Positions 11,878 to 23,790 of a DNA stretch of 64,000 nt are shown piece by piece. The stretch comes from Squalus acanthias. Its lineage: Eukaryota. The notes below the pieces were generated by a model. It made no database searches. It was not told where the DNA came from and was given only the letters and a program-made list of their open reading frames with translations. The stretch lies in contig CM059433.1 in the NCBI GenBank assembly GCA_030390025.1, positions 1,240,001 through 1,304,000 of the forward strand, written 5' to 3'. A program made the translations under genes and the position numbers. Positions within the stretch are counted from its first letter, which is position 1, and each line of letters starts with the position of its first letter.

Positions 11878-14800
11878 AATGGAGCAGGAACAGGAGCGGG
11901 AACGGGAGCGGGAGCGGGAGCGGGAATGGGAGCGGGAGCAGGAATGGGAGCAGGAATGGGAGCGGGAATGGGAGCGGGAATGGGAGCGGGAGCGGGAATG
12001 GGAGTGGGAACGGGAGCAGGAATGGGAGCGGGAGCGGGAATGGGAGCGGGAGCAGGAATGGGAGCGGGAGCAGGATTGGGAGCGGGAGCAGGAACGGGAA
12101 TGGGAGCGGGAGCAGGAACGGGAGTGGGAACAGGAATGGGAGCGGGAACGGGAATAGGAGCGGGAAGGGGAGCGGGAACGGGAGCAGGAATGGGAGCGGG
12201 AATGGGAACGGGAATGGGAGCGGGAACGGGAATAGGAGCGGGAACGGGAGCAGGAATGGGAGCGGGAATGGGAATGGGAACGGGAGCGGCAACGGGAATG
12301 GGAGCAAGAACGGGAGCAGGAATGGGAGCGGGAGCGGGAATGGGAGCGGGAGCGGGAAAGGAAGCAGGAATGGGAGCGGGAGCGGGAATGGGTACGGGAG
12401 TGGGAGCGGGAGTGGGAGCGGGAACGGGAATGGGAGCGGGAGCGGGAATGGGAGCGGGAGCAGGAATGGGAGCGGGAGCAGGAATGGGAGCGGGAACGGG
12501 AGCAGGAATGGGAGCGGGAGCGGGAATGGGTGCAGGAGCGGGAGCGGGAGCGGGAGTGGGAGCAGGAATGGGAGCGGGAGTGGGAACAGCAGCGGGAACG
12601 GGAATGGGAGCGGGAGCGGGAACGGGAGCAGGAATGGGAGCGGGAATGGGAACGGGAACGGGAGTGGGAACGGGAATGGGAGCGGGAACGGGAGCAGGAA
12701 TGGGAGCGGGAGCGGGAATGGGAGCGGGAGCGGGAACGGGAGCAAGAATGGGAGCGGGAGCGGGAATGGGGACAGGAGCGGGAATGGGAGCAAGAATGGG
12801 AGCGGGAGCGGGAATGGGAGCGGGAGCAGGAATGGCAGCGGGAGCAGGAATGGGCGTGGGAACGGGAGCAGGAATGGGAGCGGGAGCAGGAATGGGAGCA
12901 GGAATGGGAGCGGGAGCAGGAATGGGAGCGGGAGCAGGAAGGGAATGGGAGCGGGAACGGGAATGGATGCAGGAACGGGAGCGCGAACGGGAGCAGGAAT
13001 ATGAGCAGGAGCGGGAATGGGTGCGGGAGCGGGAACAGGAGCGGGAAAGGGAGCAGGAGCGGGAATGGAAGTGGGAGCGGGAGCGAGAATGGGAATGGGA
13101 GCGGGAGCAGGAGCGGGAGCGGGAGCGGGAATGGGAGCGGGAGCAGGAATGGGAGCGGGAATGGGAGCAGGAATGGGAGCGGGAGCAGGAATGGGAGCGG
13201 GAGCAGGAACGGGAGCGGGAGCAGGAACGGGAATGGGAGCGGGAGCAGGAACGGGAGCGGGAACGGGAATGGGAGCGGGAGCGGGAACGGGAGCAGGAAT
13301 GGGAGCGGGAGCGGGAATGGGTGCGGGAGCGGGAGCGGGAGCGGGAGCGGGAGCGGGAACGGGAACGGGAGCGGGAGCGGGAACGGTAGCAGGAATGGGA
13401 GCGGGAATGGGAACGGGAATGGTAGCGGGAACGGGAATGGGAGCAGGAACGGGAGCAGGAATGGGAGCGGGAATGGGAGCGGGAGCGGGAACGGGAGCAA
13501 GAATGGGAGCGGGAGCGGGAATGGGTACGGGAGCGGGAGCGGGAATAGGAGCGGGAGCAGGAATGGGTATGGGAGCGGGAGCGGGAATGGGAGCGGGAAT
13601 GGGAGCGGGAGCGGGAATGGGAGCGGGAGCAGGAATGGGAGCGGGAGCAGGAATGGGAGCGGGAACGGGAGCAGGAATGGGAGCGGGAGCGGGAATGGGT
13701 GCAGGAGCGGGAGTGGGAGCAGGAATGGGAGCGGGAACGGGAGCGGGAACGGGAATGGGAGCGGGAGCGGGAACAGGAGCAGGAATGGGAGCGGGAATGG
13801 GAACGGGAACGGGAACGGGAATGGGAGCGGGAGCGGGAATGGGAGCGGGAGCGGGAATGGGAGCAGGAATGGGAGCGGGAGCGGGAATGGGTACGGGAGC
13901 GGGAGCGGGAGCGGGAGCGGGAATGGGAGCGGGAATGGGAGTGGGAGCGGGAATGGGAGTGGGAGCAGGAATGGGAGCGGGAGCAGGAATGGGAGCAGGA
14001 ATGGGAGCAGGAATGGGAGCGGGAGCAGGAATGGGAGCAGGAATGGGAGCGGGAGCAGGAACGGCAATGGGAGCGGGAGCAGGAACGGGAGTGGGAACGG
14101 GAATGGGAGCGGGAACGGGAATGGATGCGGGAACGGGAGCGGGAACGGGAGCAGGAATATGAGCGGGAGCGGGAATGGGTGCGGGAGCGGGAGCGGGAGC
14201 GGGAGCAGGAACGGGAGCGGGAACGGGATCGGGAACGGGAGCGGGAGCAGGAATGGGAGTGGGAGAGGGAACGGGAGCGGGAAAGGGAGCAGGAGCGGGA
14301 ATGGGAGCGGGAGCGGGAGCGAGAATGGGAATGGGAGCGGGAGCGGGAGCAGGAGCGGGAGCGGGAGCGGGAATGGGAGCGGGAGGGGGAGCAGGAGCAG
14401 GAACGGGAGCGAGAATGGGAATGGGAGCGGGAGCGGGAGCAGGAGCGGGAGCGGGTGCGAGAATGGGAGCGGGAGCGGGAGCGGTGTGGGAATGGCAGCG
14501 GGAGCGGGAATGGGAGCGGGAACGGGAGTGGGAGCGGGAATGGGAGCGGGAGCGGGAACAGGAGTGGGAGCGGGAATGGGAGCGGGAACGGGAATGGGAG
14601 CGGGAACGGGAGCGGGAATGGGAGCGGGAGCGGGAACGGGAGCAAGAATGGGAGCGGGAGCGGGAATGGGGACAGGAGCGGGAATGGGAGCGGGAATGGG
14701 AGCGGGAGCGGGAATGGGAGCGGGAGCAGGAATGGCAGCGGGAGCAGGAATGGGCGTGGGAACGGGAGCAGGAATGGGAGCGGGAGCAGGAATGGGAGCA

Positions 14801-17415
14801 GGAATGGGAGCGGGAGCAGGAATGGGAGCGGGAGCAGGAAGGGAATGGGAGCGGGAACGGGAATGGATGCAGGAACGGGAGCGCGAACGGGAGCAGGAAT
14901 ATGAGCAGGAGCGGGAATGGGTGCGGGAGCGGGAACAGGAGCGGGAAAGGGAGCAGGAGCGGGAATGGAAGTGGGAGCGGGAGCGAGAATGGGAATGGGA
15001 GCGGGAGCAGGAGCGGGAGCGGGAGCGGGAATGGGAGCGGGAGCAGGAATGGGAGCGGGAATGGGAGCAGGAATGGGAGCGGGAGCAGGAATGGGAGCGG
15101 GAGCAGGAACGGGAGCGGGAGCAGGAACGGGAATGGGAGCGGGAGCAGGAACGGGAGCGGGAACGGGAATGGGAGCGGGAGCGGGAACGGGAGCAGGAAT
15201 GGGAGCGGGAGCGGGAATGGGTGCGGGAGCGGGAGCGGGAGCGGGAGCGGGAATGGGAGCGGGAATGGGAACGGGAATGGTAGCGGGAACGGGAATGGGA
15301 GCAGGAACGGGAGCAGGAATGGGAGCGGGAATGGGAGCGGGAGCGGGAACGGGAGCAAGAATGGGAGCGGGAGCGGGAATGGGTACGGGAGCGGGAGCGG
15401 GAATGGGAGCGGGAGCAGGAATGGGTATGGGAGCGGGAGCGGGAATGGGAGCGGGAATGGGAGCGGGAGCGGGAATGGGAGCGGGAGCAGGAATGGGAGC
15501 GGGAGCAGGAATGGGAGCGGGAACGGGAGCAGGAATGGGAGCGGGAGCGGGAATGGGTGCAGGAGCGGGAGTGGGAGCAGGAATGGGAGCGGGAACGGGA
15601 GCGGGAACGGGAATGGGAGCGGGAGCGGGAACAGGAGCAGGAATGGGAGCGGGAATGGGAACGGGAACGGGAACGGGAATGGGAGCGGGAGCGGGAATGG
15701 GAGCGGGAGCGGGAATGGGAGCAGGAATGGGAGCGGGAGCGGGAATGGGTACGGGAGCGGGAGCGGGAGCGGGAATGGGAGCGGGAATGGGAGTGGGAGC
15801 GGGAATGGGAGTGGGAGCAGGAATGGGAGCGGGAGCAGGAATGGGAGCAGGAATGGGAGCAGGAATGGGAGCGGGAGCAGGAATGGGAGCAGGAATGGGA
15901 GCGGGAGCAGGAACGGCAATGGGAGCGGGAGCAGGAACGGGAGTGGGAACGGGAATGGGAGCGGGAACGGGAATGGATGCGGGAACGGGAGCGGGAACGG
16001 GAGCAGGAATATGAGCGGGAGCGGGAATGGGTGCGGGAGCGGGAGCGGGAGCAGGAACGGGAGCGGGAACGGGATCGGGAACGGGAGCGGGAGCAGGAAT
16101 GGGAGTGGGAGAGGGAACGGGAGCGGGAAAGGGAGCAGGAGCGGGAATGGGAGCGGGAGCGAGAGCGAGAATGGGAATGGGAGCGGGAGCGGGAGCAGGA
16201 GCGGGAGCGGGAGCGGGAATGGGAGCGGGAGGGGGAGCAGGAGCAGGAACGGGAGCGAGAATGGGAATGGGAGCGGGAGCGGGAGCAGGAGCGGGAGCGG
16301 GTGCGAGAATGGGAGCGGGAGCGGGAGCGGTGTGGGAATGGCAGCGGGAGCGGGAATGGGAGCGGGAACGGGAGTGGGAGCGGGAATGGGAGCGGGAGCG
16401 GGAACAGGAGTGGGAGCGGGAATGGGAGCGGGAACGGGAATGGGAGCGGGAACGGGAGCGGGAATGGGAGCGGGAATGGGAGCGGGAGTGGGAGCGGGAA
16501 TGGGAGCGGGAGCGGAAGCAGGAGCGAGAATGGGAGCTGGAGCAGGAACGGGAGCGGGAGCGGGAGAATGAGCAGGAATGGGAGCGGGAGCGGGAATGGG
16601 AGCGGGAGCGGGAACGGGAACGGGAGCGGGAGTGGGAGCGGGAATGGGAGCGGGAGTGGGAGTGGGAGCGGGAATGGGAGTGGGAGCGGGAATGGGAGCG
16701 GGAGCGGGAACGGAAGCAGGACCGGGAGCAGGAATGGGAGCGGGAGCGGGAACGAGAATGGGAGCGGGAGCGGGAGCGGGAGTGGGAGCAGGAGCGGGAG
16801 CGGGAACGGGAGCGGGAACGGGAGCGGGAGCGGGAACGGGAGCGGGAACGGGAGCGGGAGCAGGAGTGGGAGCGGGAACGGGAGCGGGAGCAGGAGCAGG
16901 AATGGGAGCGGGAGCGGGAGCGGGAACGGGAGCGGGAATGGGAATGGGAGCAGGAACGGGAGCGGGAGTGGGAGCGGGAATGGGAGCGGGAGCGGGAATG
17001 GGAGCGGGAGCGAGAATGGGAGCGGGAGCGGGAACGGGAGCGGGAATGGGAGCGGGAGCGGGAACGGGAATGGGAGTGGTAGCGGGAGCGGGAATGGGAG
17101 CGAGAACGGGAGCGAGAATGTGAGCGGGAGCGAGAATGGGAGCGGAGCGGGAGCGGGAGCGATAGCAGGAGCGAGAAAGGGAGCGGGAGCAGGAGCGAGA
17201 ATGGGAGCGGGAGCGGGAGCGGGAGCGGGAGCGGGAGCGGGAGGGGGAGCGGGAGCGGGAGTGGGAGCAGGAGCGAGAATGGGAGCGGGAGCGGGAGCAG
17301 GAGCGAGAATGGGAGCGGGAGCTGGAGGGGGAGCAGGAACGGGAGCGGGAGCGGGAGCGGGAGCCGGAGCGGGAATGGGAGCGGGAGCGGGAATGGGTGC
17401 AGGAACGGGAGCAGC
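11878..17415 (+). repeat. 5.5-kb purine-rich hexamer array (CGGGAG/CGGGAA/TGGGAG/CAGGAA variants) with ~1.85-1.9-kb higher-order duplication
   Basis: Directly visible. Rare landmarks recur 1900 bp apart (gacagg 12771/14671; gcgcgaacgg 12981/14881) and 1846 bp apart (gcggtgtggg 14481/16327). Confidence 0.97.
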
Positions 17416-17799
17416 ATCGATCACCAGTGCCCCTCGCTGGTAGAGCTCTCAGAGAGTGGCTCATCGATGAGCGCTTCATGTGAACCATCCCTCCCATCAC
17501 CAATACACCAACAGACCCGCAATCCTTACCACTGTCTTTACTACCACCATCCGATTGCCTTCCTTCAGTCCAGCCTCATGGGTCTTTCCCTCACTTCACT
17601 ACAAATATAAACACCAAATCCAGAACAAAAAAATTATCACACAACCCAATTCCATCTTTATCTAACAGTTAACAGAGATTATGAATCACCCTTGTGCAAG
17701 CCCTTAGTGCCTGTCTCTGTGCTCATTTCCCTATCCTAGTGCTCCTAAGAAGTGTTTCCCAAATAGCTACAGCTTAGGTGATGGAAGGCTGCTCAGTTT

Positions 17800-18740
17800 C
17801 CGTTGAGGATACTTCAGATGGTGATGGTGGGTAACTTCGAGCAGCTTTGGGTCTAGAGGGCTGGCTGTAGACGGCAGCATCTCAGCCTGGGCCGGAGCAG
17901 TCTGGCCCAGCTGGCTGTCTGGCACTAACAAGGGGACTGGCAGAGTGAGTGGCAGGCATGCTGTCATCCTGAGAGAGCACTCTCCTGGAACTGTGCCTCA
18001 GTCCTGTGGCCATGTTGGTCAGAATGATCTCCATGCTCTGCACAAAGCTGCATTATTCCATGCTCTGCGACATTATGCACAACCTCATTGGCAGGCATTG
18101 ACAGGGCACCTAGTATTTCCTGGTTTATGACAATCAGCCTTCTTCAGTATCCTGGACCCTTAAAGTCAACATCTGAGTCCTCTGCAACAGAGCAACAATA
18201 TGATCTCACCCTCCTGCGAACTGGCACTTGTGGTGTCCTGGCCCCCTTCCCTTGCTCCTGCACACTTGCAGCCAGTGATTCACCACATGAAGACCTCTCC
18301 TCTAGCCTAGTATGTGTGGTGTCAGTATCTGAGCTGATGCTTGCGAGGACGAGACTGAGCGATGCTGCATCATCAGGAAGGCTGGCCTCCTCATCCTTCA
18401 CTGGCAGAGGTATGTCCACATCTTCAGCACCCGAAAGGAGAACAACGGACCAGGGTTAGCTTTTAGTGTGAAGGGAGAGCAGAGCGAGAAGTGGCTGGTG
18501 AAGGCAGCTGCAGTTTGTCATCCGAGAGTATAGGGTGAGATAGAATAAGGGAAGAAGAGGATAAAGTGCAAAGAGACCCTTCGTGACATCTCCTTCAGTG
18601 TTGCCAGTTGCAACGGCCATGACTCTGCCCCAGCCTGTGATAGCCAGTGCCTTTTGTTCAAGGTGGGAGAGGTTGTCCAGGTGGGCTCAGCCTCCTCCTC
18701 TGGCAGCTTCCTATCTGCAGTTGTCAGGAACCTTCTCATT
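17800..18740 (-). pseudogene. Remnant of the Harbinger second ORF (Myb/SANT-type partner), C-terminal part
   Basis: Convergent with the transposase; low-complexity acidic peptide EEASLPDDAASLSLVLASISSDTDT...RRRVRS...EDSDVDF. The Myb domain itself is not recognisable here. Confidence 0.5.
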
Positions 18741-19552
18741 ACTTGCTGTATTCACTCTCCTCTATTATTACACACACTTATTCTGTATTATCACAGTTTT
18801 AGATCGCTGGGAAAATATTAGCTATAGTTAAGATAATAGCATGAGGAAGTTCACAAACCTTAACTTGATTAAAAAAAAAACTTCAAAAAGTAAAGTATCC
18901 GGAGAGCTTCGCTATGGAACATACAAACAGACAATGGTTGGTTCCTCATTGAGTCATCCTGACAAGGCGATACAATTTTGTGCAAATAACATGTTATTCA
19001 TTTGATGAGAATTGACTGTACATTCACTTTGCACAGCTCTGAAGATCAGCTGTAGTTCAGCATTGTGTTACTGAATGGGAATTCAGTAGTTTCCAGGGAA
19101 ATGAAAGGAAAACAAAAGCTCATTCTATAAAAAGCTGACAAGCACCGTAAATGCAGAAAATGAAATAAGCCATAACTTTTGGCATGCCTTTTTTAATAAA
19201 ATTCTCACCATTTAGACAGTGACTGCATAGGAGAGCGAAAGTCTTCTTGCAGATTTATTAGTCACAAAACCTAATACACATAATAATAATTAACAGAGGA
19301 AACTATGAAGAAAGAACGTCTCCAGCAGTCACTAAATTCAGGGCAGTGGGCTGCAGGAATTCAAATATTTGCTCAGTATTTCATCCACTCTGGTTGATTT
19401 GTCTTCTTTCACTTGCTTTATTATGTTATGTGTTTTGGCAGCCAATGACCATTTTTTTTACATTTGTTTTCAGCTATTTCTTTATTCTTCGTGGCTTGTG
19501 TGTGTGCGCGGGTGCGTGTGTATCTGTGTGTGCGCAGGTGTTTTTTTTTATT

Positions 19553-19815
19553 CGTTCATGGGATGTGGGCGTCGCTGGCAAAGCCAGCATTTATTGCCCA
19601 TCCCTAGTTGCCCCTTGAGAAGGTGGTGGTGAGCCACCTTCTTGAACCGCTGCAGTCCGTGTGGTGAAGGTACTCCCACAGTGCGGTTAGAGATTTTGAC
19701 CCAGCGATGATGAAGGATCGGCGATATACTTCCAAGTCAGGATGGTGTGTGACTTGGAGGGGAACTTGGAGGTGGTGGTGTTCCCATGCGCCTGCTGCCC
19801 TTGTCCTTCTAGGAC
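19553..19815 (-). mobile_element. 3' end of CR1-group LINE family B
   Basis: Near-identical to 29310-29575 (gctggcaaagccagcatttattgcccatccctagttgccc...); ends in a poly-T run on +. Confidence 0.85.
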
Positions 19816-20122
19816 AAGTGTACATCTGAGTGGGTGTTTTATGCATGCCTGTATGTTTTTCTGTTATTACCTCAGTAAAATGAGGCTCCTGGAAGGAAAT
19901 TGCCATGGCCATAATGTGTCTTTGACTTTGAATCTCCTTCCATGAAATGGGGTACTTTGACTGCTTCAGTGTTGTGTTTTCAGACTCAATTAATATGCCC
20001 TAACAACATGTGATGATATAAGGGTCGATTTTAACTCGGTCTGCCCAGTGGAAATGGGGCGGTAGTGGAGTTAAAATTGCTGCGAACCACTTATCGCCCC
20101 GTTGCTGCTCCACAGCCATATT

Positions 20123-20495
20123 TAGAAACATAGAAACATAGAATCTAGGAGCAGGAGTAGGCCATTCGGCCCATCGAGCCTGCACCACCATTCAATACGA
20201 TCATGGCTGATCATTCAAATCCAGCACCCTGTCCCTACTTTAATCCCCACAGTACACATATCCCACCCTACCCCCGTAACCCCACGTATTTAATTCCCCC
20301 TAACATATCCCATCCTATCCCCATAACCCCACATATTTAATCCCCCCCTAACACTAAGGGTCAATTTATCATAGCCAAATCAACCTAACCCACACATTTT
20401 TGGACTGTGGGAGGAAACCGGAGCACCCGGAGGAAACCCACGCAGACACGGGGAGAATGTGCAAACTCCACACAGACAGTCACCCGAGGTCAGAT
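20123..20495 (-). mobile_element. V-SINE (HE1-like), 5'-truncated, with CR1-derived tail
   Basis: V-domain tgtgggaggaaaccggagcacccggaggaaacccacgcagacacggggagaatgtgcaaactccacacag; the tail matches the CR1 3' end at 34502-34620. Confidence 0.88.
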
Positions 20496-20654
20496 ACTGG
20501 GGTCTTTCACTGGCCGATCCTGGTGCCTATAGGACTCAGGCGGGAGCCTCATTACAGGATGCAAGTTGGGGTCCTATGACATACAGAGGACCTCCATGCA
20601 ATATGGTGGGACGACTGGGAGTAGTGTGCATTGTGCAGTCTCCATGCAACATCC

Positions 20655-21825
20655 ACAACAACAACAACTTGCATTTAAATAGCACCTTTAACATAGTAGA
20701 AACATCCCAAGGCACTTCACAGGAGCGTAATCAAACAAGATTTTACACCAAACCTTATAAGGACATATCAGGACAGGTGACCATAAGCTTGGTCAAAGAT
20801 GTAGGTTTTAAGGAGGAGAGAGAGGTAGCGAGGCGGAGAGGTTTAGGGAGGGAATTCCAGAGCTTACGGCCCAGGCAGCGGATGGCACAGCCGCCAATGG
20901 CAGAGCGATGAAAATCATGGACGTGCAAGAGATCAGAATTGGAGGAGTGCAGAGATCCCAGAGGGTAGTAGGGCTGGAGGAAGTTACAGAGATAGGGAGG
21001 GATGAAGTGATGGAGGGATTTGAAAACAAGGATTAAAATCGAGGCGTTGCCGGACCGGCATCCAATGTAGGTCAGCGAGCACAGAGGTGATGGGTGAACG
21101 GGAGTTGGTGTGAGTGAGGACAGGGGGTGATGGGTGAACGGGACTTGGTGTGAGTGAGGACAGGGGGTGATGGGTGAACGGGACTTGGTGTGAGTGAGGA
21201 CAGGGGGTGATGGGTGAATGGGAGTTGGTGTGAGTGAGGACAGGGGGTGATGGGTGAACGGGGCTTGGTGTGAGTGAGGTCAGGGGGTGATGGGTGAACG
21301 GGAGTTGGTGTGAGTGAGGACAGGGGGTGATGGGTGAACGGGACTTGGTGTGAGTGAGGACAGGGGATGATGGGTGAATGGGGCTTGGTGTGAGTGAGGA
21401 CAGGGGGTGATGGGTGAACGGGAGTTGGTGTGAGTGAGGACAGGGGGTGATGGGTGAACGGGAGTTGGTGTGAGTGAGGACAGGGGGTGATGGGTGAATG
21501 GGGCTTGGTGTGAGTGAGGACAGGGGGTGATGGGTGAATGGGGCTTGGTGTGAGTGAGGACAGGGGGTGATGGGTGAACGGGACTGGGTGCAGGTTAGGA
21601 TACGGGGCAGTAGAGTTTTGGATGAGCTCATGTTTACAGAGGGTGCAACCTGGGAGGCCAGCCACCAGAGCTTTGGAATAGTCGAGTCTGGAGGATACAA
21701 TGGCATGGATGAGGGTTTCAGCAGCAGATGAGCTGAGATGGGGCAGAGTCAGGCAGTGTTACGGAGGTGGAAGTAGGAGGTCTTGGTGATGGAAAAGATG
21801 GAGTCAGAAGCTCAGCTCAGGGTCA
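20655..21825 (-). mobile_element. L2 LINE 3' portion containing an internal 40-bp array
   Basis: (aac)n tail at ~20657; minus-strand L2 motifs (SRLDYS, ITSVLADLHW, LWNSLPKPLRL). Confidence 0.88.
21081..21600. repeat. Minisatellite, 13 x 40 bp, derived from L2 ORF2
   Basis: Unit cagggggtgatgggtgaacgggacttggtgtgagtgagga; the single-copy parent sequence is seen in the L2 at 43196-43238. Confidence 0.95.
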
Positions 21826-22659
21826 AATGTAATTGAACTGGGCGCTGACGAAGTCCCAGAAACGGAAGTAAATAATTATTTTTGTGGGGCCAGGAGGAGC
21901 AGGAGTTCTCTTCAGGGCTTTATAAGTATAATGTGGGCCGCTGCCACTTCGGGCTCCTCCAGTCCGCGGGAGGTTACCCGCCCCCCGCCCAAGGCCTAAC
22001 TGCCTGCGGCCAGCTCGGACTCCGTGCTGCCCAATGCTGCACCTCCCTGGAACCGACAAGCTGCATCGGGACGTTTGGGGCCAAGCAGCTCGGTGTCGGT
22101 ATGGTAACAAGGCCCAGCCCTCGAAATGACCTGTGCCTCCTGCTGGCAGGAACAGGTGGCATTCCTCCCACTACCCAGCCGATCCAGGTTAGAGTTAAAA
22201 TCTACCCCCATTAATGTAGGCGTCATTCCAAATCACTTCACAATAAGGGACGGGGGGAGGAACGGACACCAAGGAGGAGTTAGAAGAGTTAATTATGGTT
22301 AAAGAGGTCAGTTTTGAAGAGGTTTCTGAAAGTCTAGAAAGACACAGCAATGCAGAGGGGTTTAGGAAAACAGTTCACGAGAGCAGAGCTGTGATGAGTG
22401 CAGGCTCTGTCACCAGTGATGGAGCACAAGGGAGGGAGCACGTAATATAAATGAAAATAGTAAAGGCCTTTTATAAGCATAGTAAAAGTAAAAGAATAGT
22501 TAAAAAAGTAGGACAGCTCTGAAATAAAGAGGAAATCTGTTTGTGGAGGAGGGAGGAATAGCCGAGATATTACCTTATTTTGCATCAGTTTTTAATCAAT
22601 GATGGCAGAAGTGAGAATATATGAGTGGAAACGGGGCATTAGTGGGATTACAATCGAGG

Positions 22660-23165
22660 TGTTCGAATTTACCGCTCTGTTCTCCCTCCAGCACCATTTT
22701 AACTTCCTCTGGTTGGCTAAGACACCTGCCCGTATCAGGTGGGAGCCTCATTAATCTATGCAAGTGGGCGTCCTATGAGGTACATAGGATCTCGATGCAG
22801 TTTTGAAGGCCGACTGGGTGAAGTGCGCACCATGGATGCTCGGAGCGGTAAGACCTGGTGGTCAAAGGTAAGTCTAAAATTATTTTTGTGGGGCCAGGAG
22901 GAGCAGAGGTGCTTTGCCAGACTCAACAAGAATAATGTGGGCTGCTGCCACCCCGGGATCCTCCTCTCTGTGAGCAGTCTCCTCACCCCTCCCCCTCCCC
23001 CTCGGTCTGGGCCTAACCTCCTCCGGGCCATCCTATATTGCAGTGGTCTGGAGCCGGCAATTTGCAGCGGGATGCCCGTTAATGAAGCTCCGCCCTCAAA
23101 ACAGACCGGGTATCTCGCCGGAAAGATCCAGAGGCCGGCCACCCCATTGTTGAAATCAGATTTTG
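22660..23165. mobile_element. Degenerate Harbinger-type MITE
   Basis: Body shares tttttgtggggccaggaggagcag and ctcattaa..atgcaagt..gtcctatga with the 20021-22209 element; termini degraded. Confidence 0.55.
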
Positions 23166-23302
23166 TACTGCAGGAGGATATGGATAAATTGTAAGGGGAA
23201 ACAATAGGAAAGGAATTGGTTCTGAAACAACTAATAGAACTCAAAGTGGATAAGTCACTGGGACCTAAAGGTACGCACCCTAGGCTGTTGAAGAAAGTCA
23301 TA

Positions 23303-23753
23303 GGGCTGGATTTTCAATGACCCGTGGAGGCGGGTTTGGAGGCGTGTGGGGGGTTAAAATAGCGAAAGGTGGCGGGCGGACCTGATCCCGACTCCATTCC
23401 GCCTCCACGCAATTTTGACAAAATCGGTCGCGAGGTTCCCGACTCCGTCCCGCCTCCAAGAGGCGGGAGAGGCCATTAAAGCCCTTAACAAGCCCTAAAT
23501 TGGCTCTGTAATGCCATTTTGAAACGTTTTAGCTAGTTTAACCCTTTTTCGACGTGAAGCACGCCTGATGTGAAACACGCCAGTGAAACCTGGCGGGAGC
23601 ACAAGTGGACAGCTGACTATCAGCTGCAGGTCCACTATTACAACGGAGATGTGATGAAGGTAGTAGTAGTATTAGGTCTGAAAGTCGCCTCTGATGCTGC
23701 TGCATTGAATGTCTTCAGAGACTGCCTGGGAGGACTTGGTTGCAAAAAAAATT

Positions 23754-23790
<37 letters not shown>

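Larger units (their letters stand above)
9616..17483 (+). pseudogene. Harbinger (HARBI1-like DDE) transposase pseudogene, split by a SINE, a MITE and a 5.5-kb array
   Basis: Pieces: RRRPYLQRVFRE..SEELCMRRLHLTKSAVTELC..TALPVA (9700-9900); VQAVRDCTHIAL..FVNRKGFYFLNV*LICDH..FPGSSHDS..GWLLGDK (10560-10801); GYSHQTWFLTPVR..YNKSHVVTRNTIE..VVVC*MLHRFPIMRNQPLP (11609-11860); C-terminus GRALREWLIDERFM* (17439-17483). Multiple stops and frameshifts. Confidence 0.9.
9352..18745 (+). mobile_element. Decayed PIF/Harbinger DNA transposon (transposase on +, convergent second ORF remnant on -); boundaries approximate
   Basis: Probable left terminus ggggtagattt at 9352; HARBI1-like transposase fragments 9616-17483; acidic Ser-rich minus-strand remnant at ~17800-18740, where the second Harbinger ORF is expected. 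Confidence 0.8.
20021..22209. mobile_element. Harbinger-type MITE carrying nested V-SINE and L2 insertions
   Basis: TIR gggtcgattttaactc (20022) matches the reverse complement of gagttaaaatctaccc (~22192-22207) at 15/16; body pieces resemble other MITEs in the window. Confidence 0.7.

Noticed and set aside
11878..17415. Interstitial telomeric repeat
   Set aside because: The period is 6 with GGG, but there are no TTAGGG units and the origin is explained by the transposase tail.
11776..17503. Very long ORFs (up to 1880 aa) resembling fibroin-like GAGAGM, RS-rich, PA-rich or ER-rich proteins
   Set aside because: All six frames are largely open only because the hexamers rarely form stops. Frames switch at indels and the array lies inside a dead transposase.
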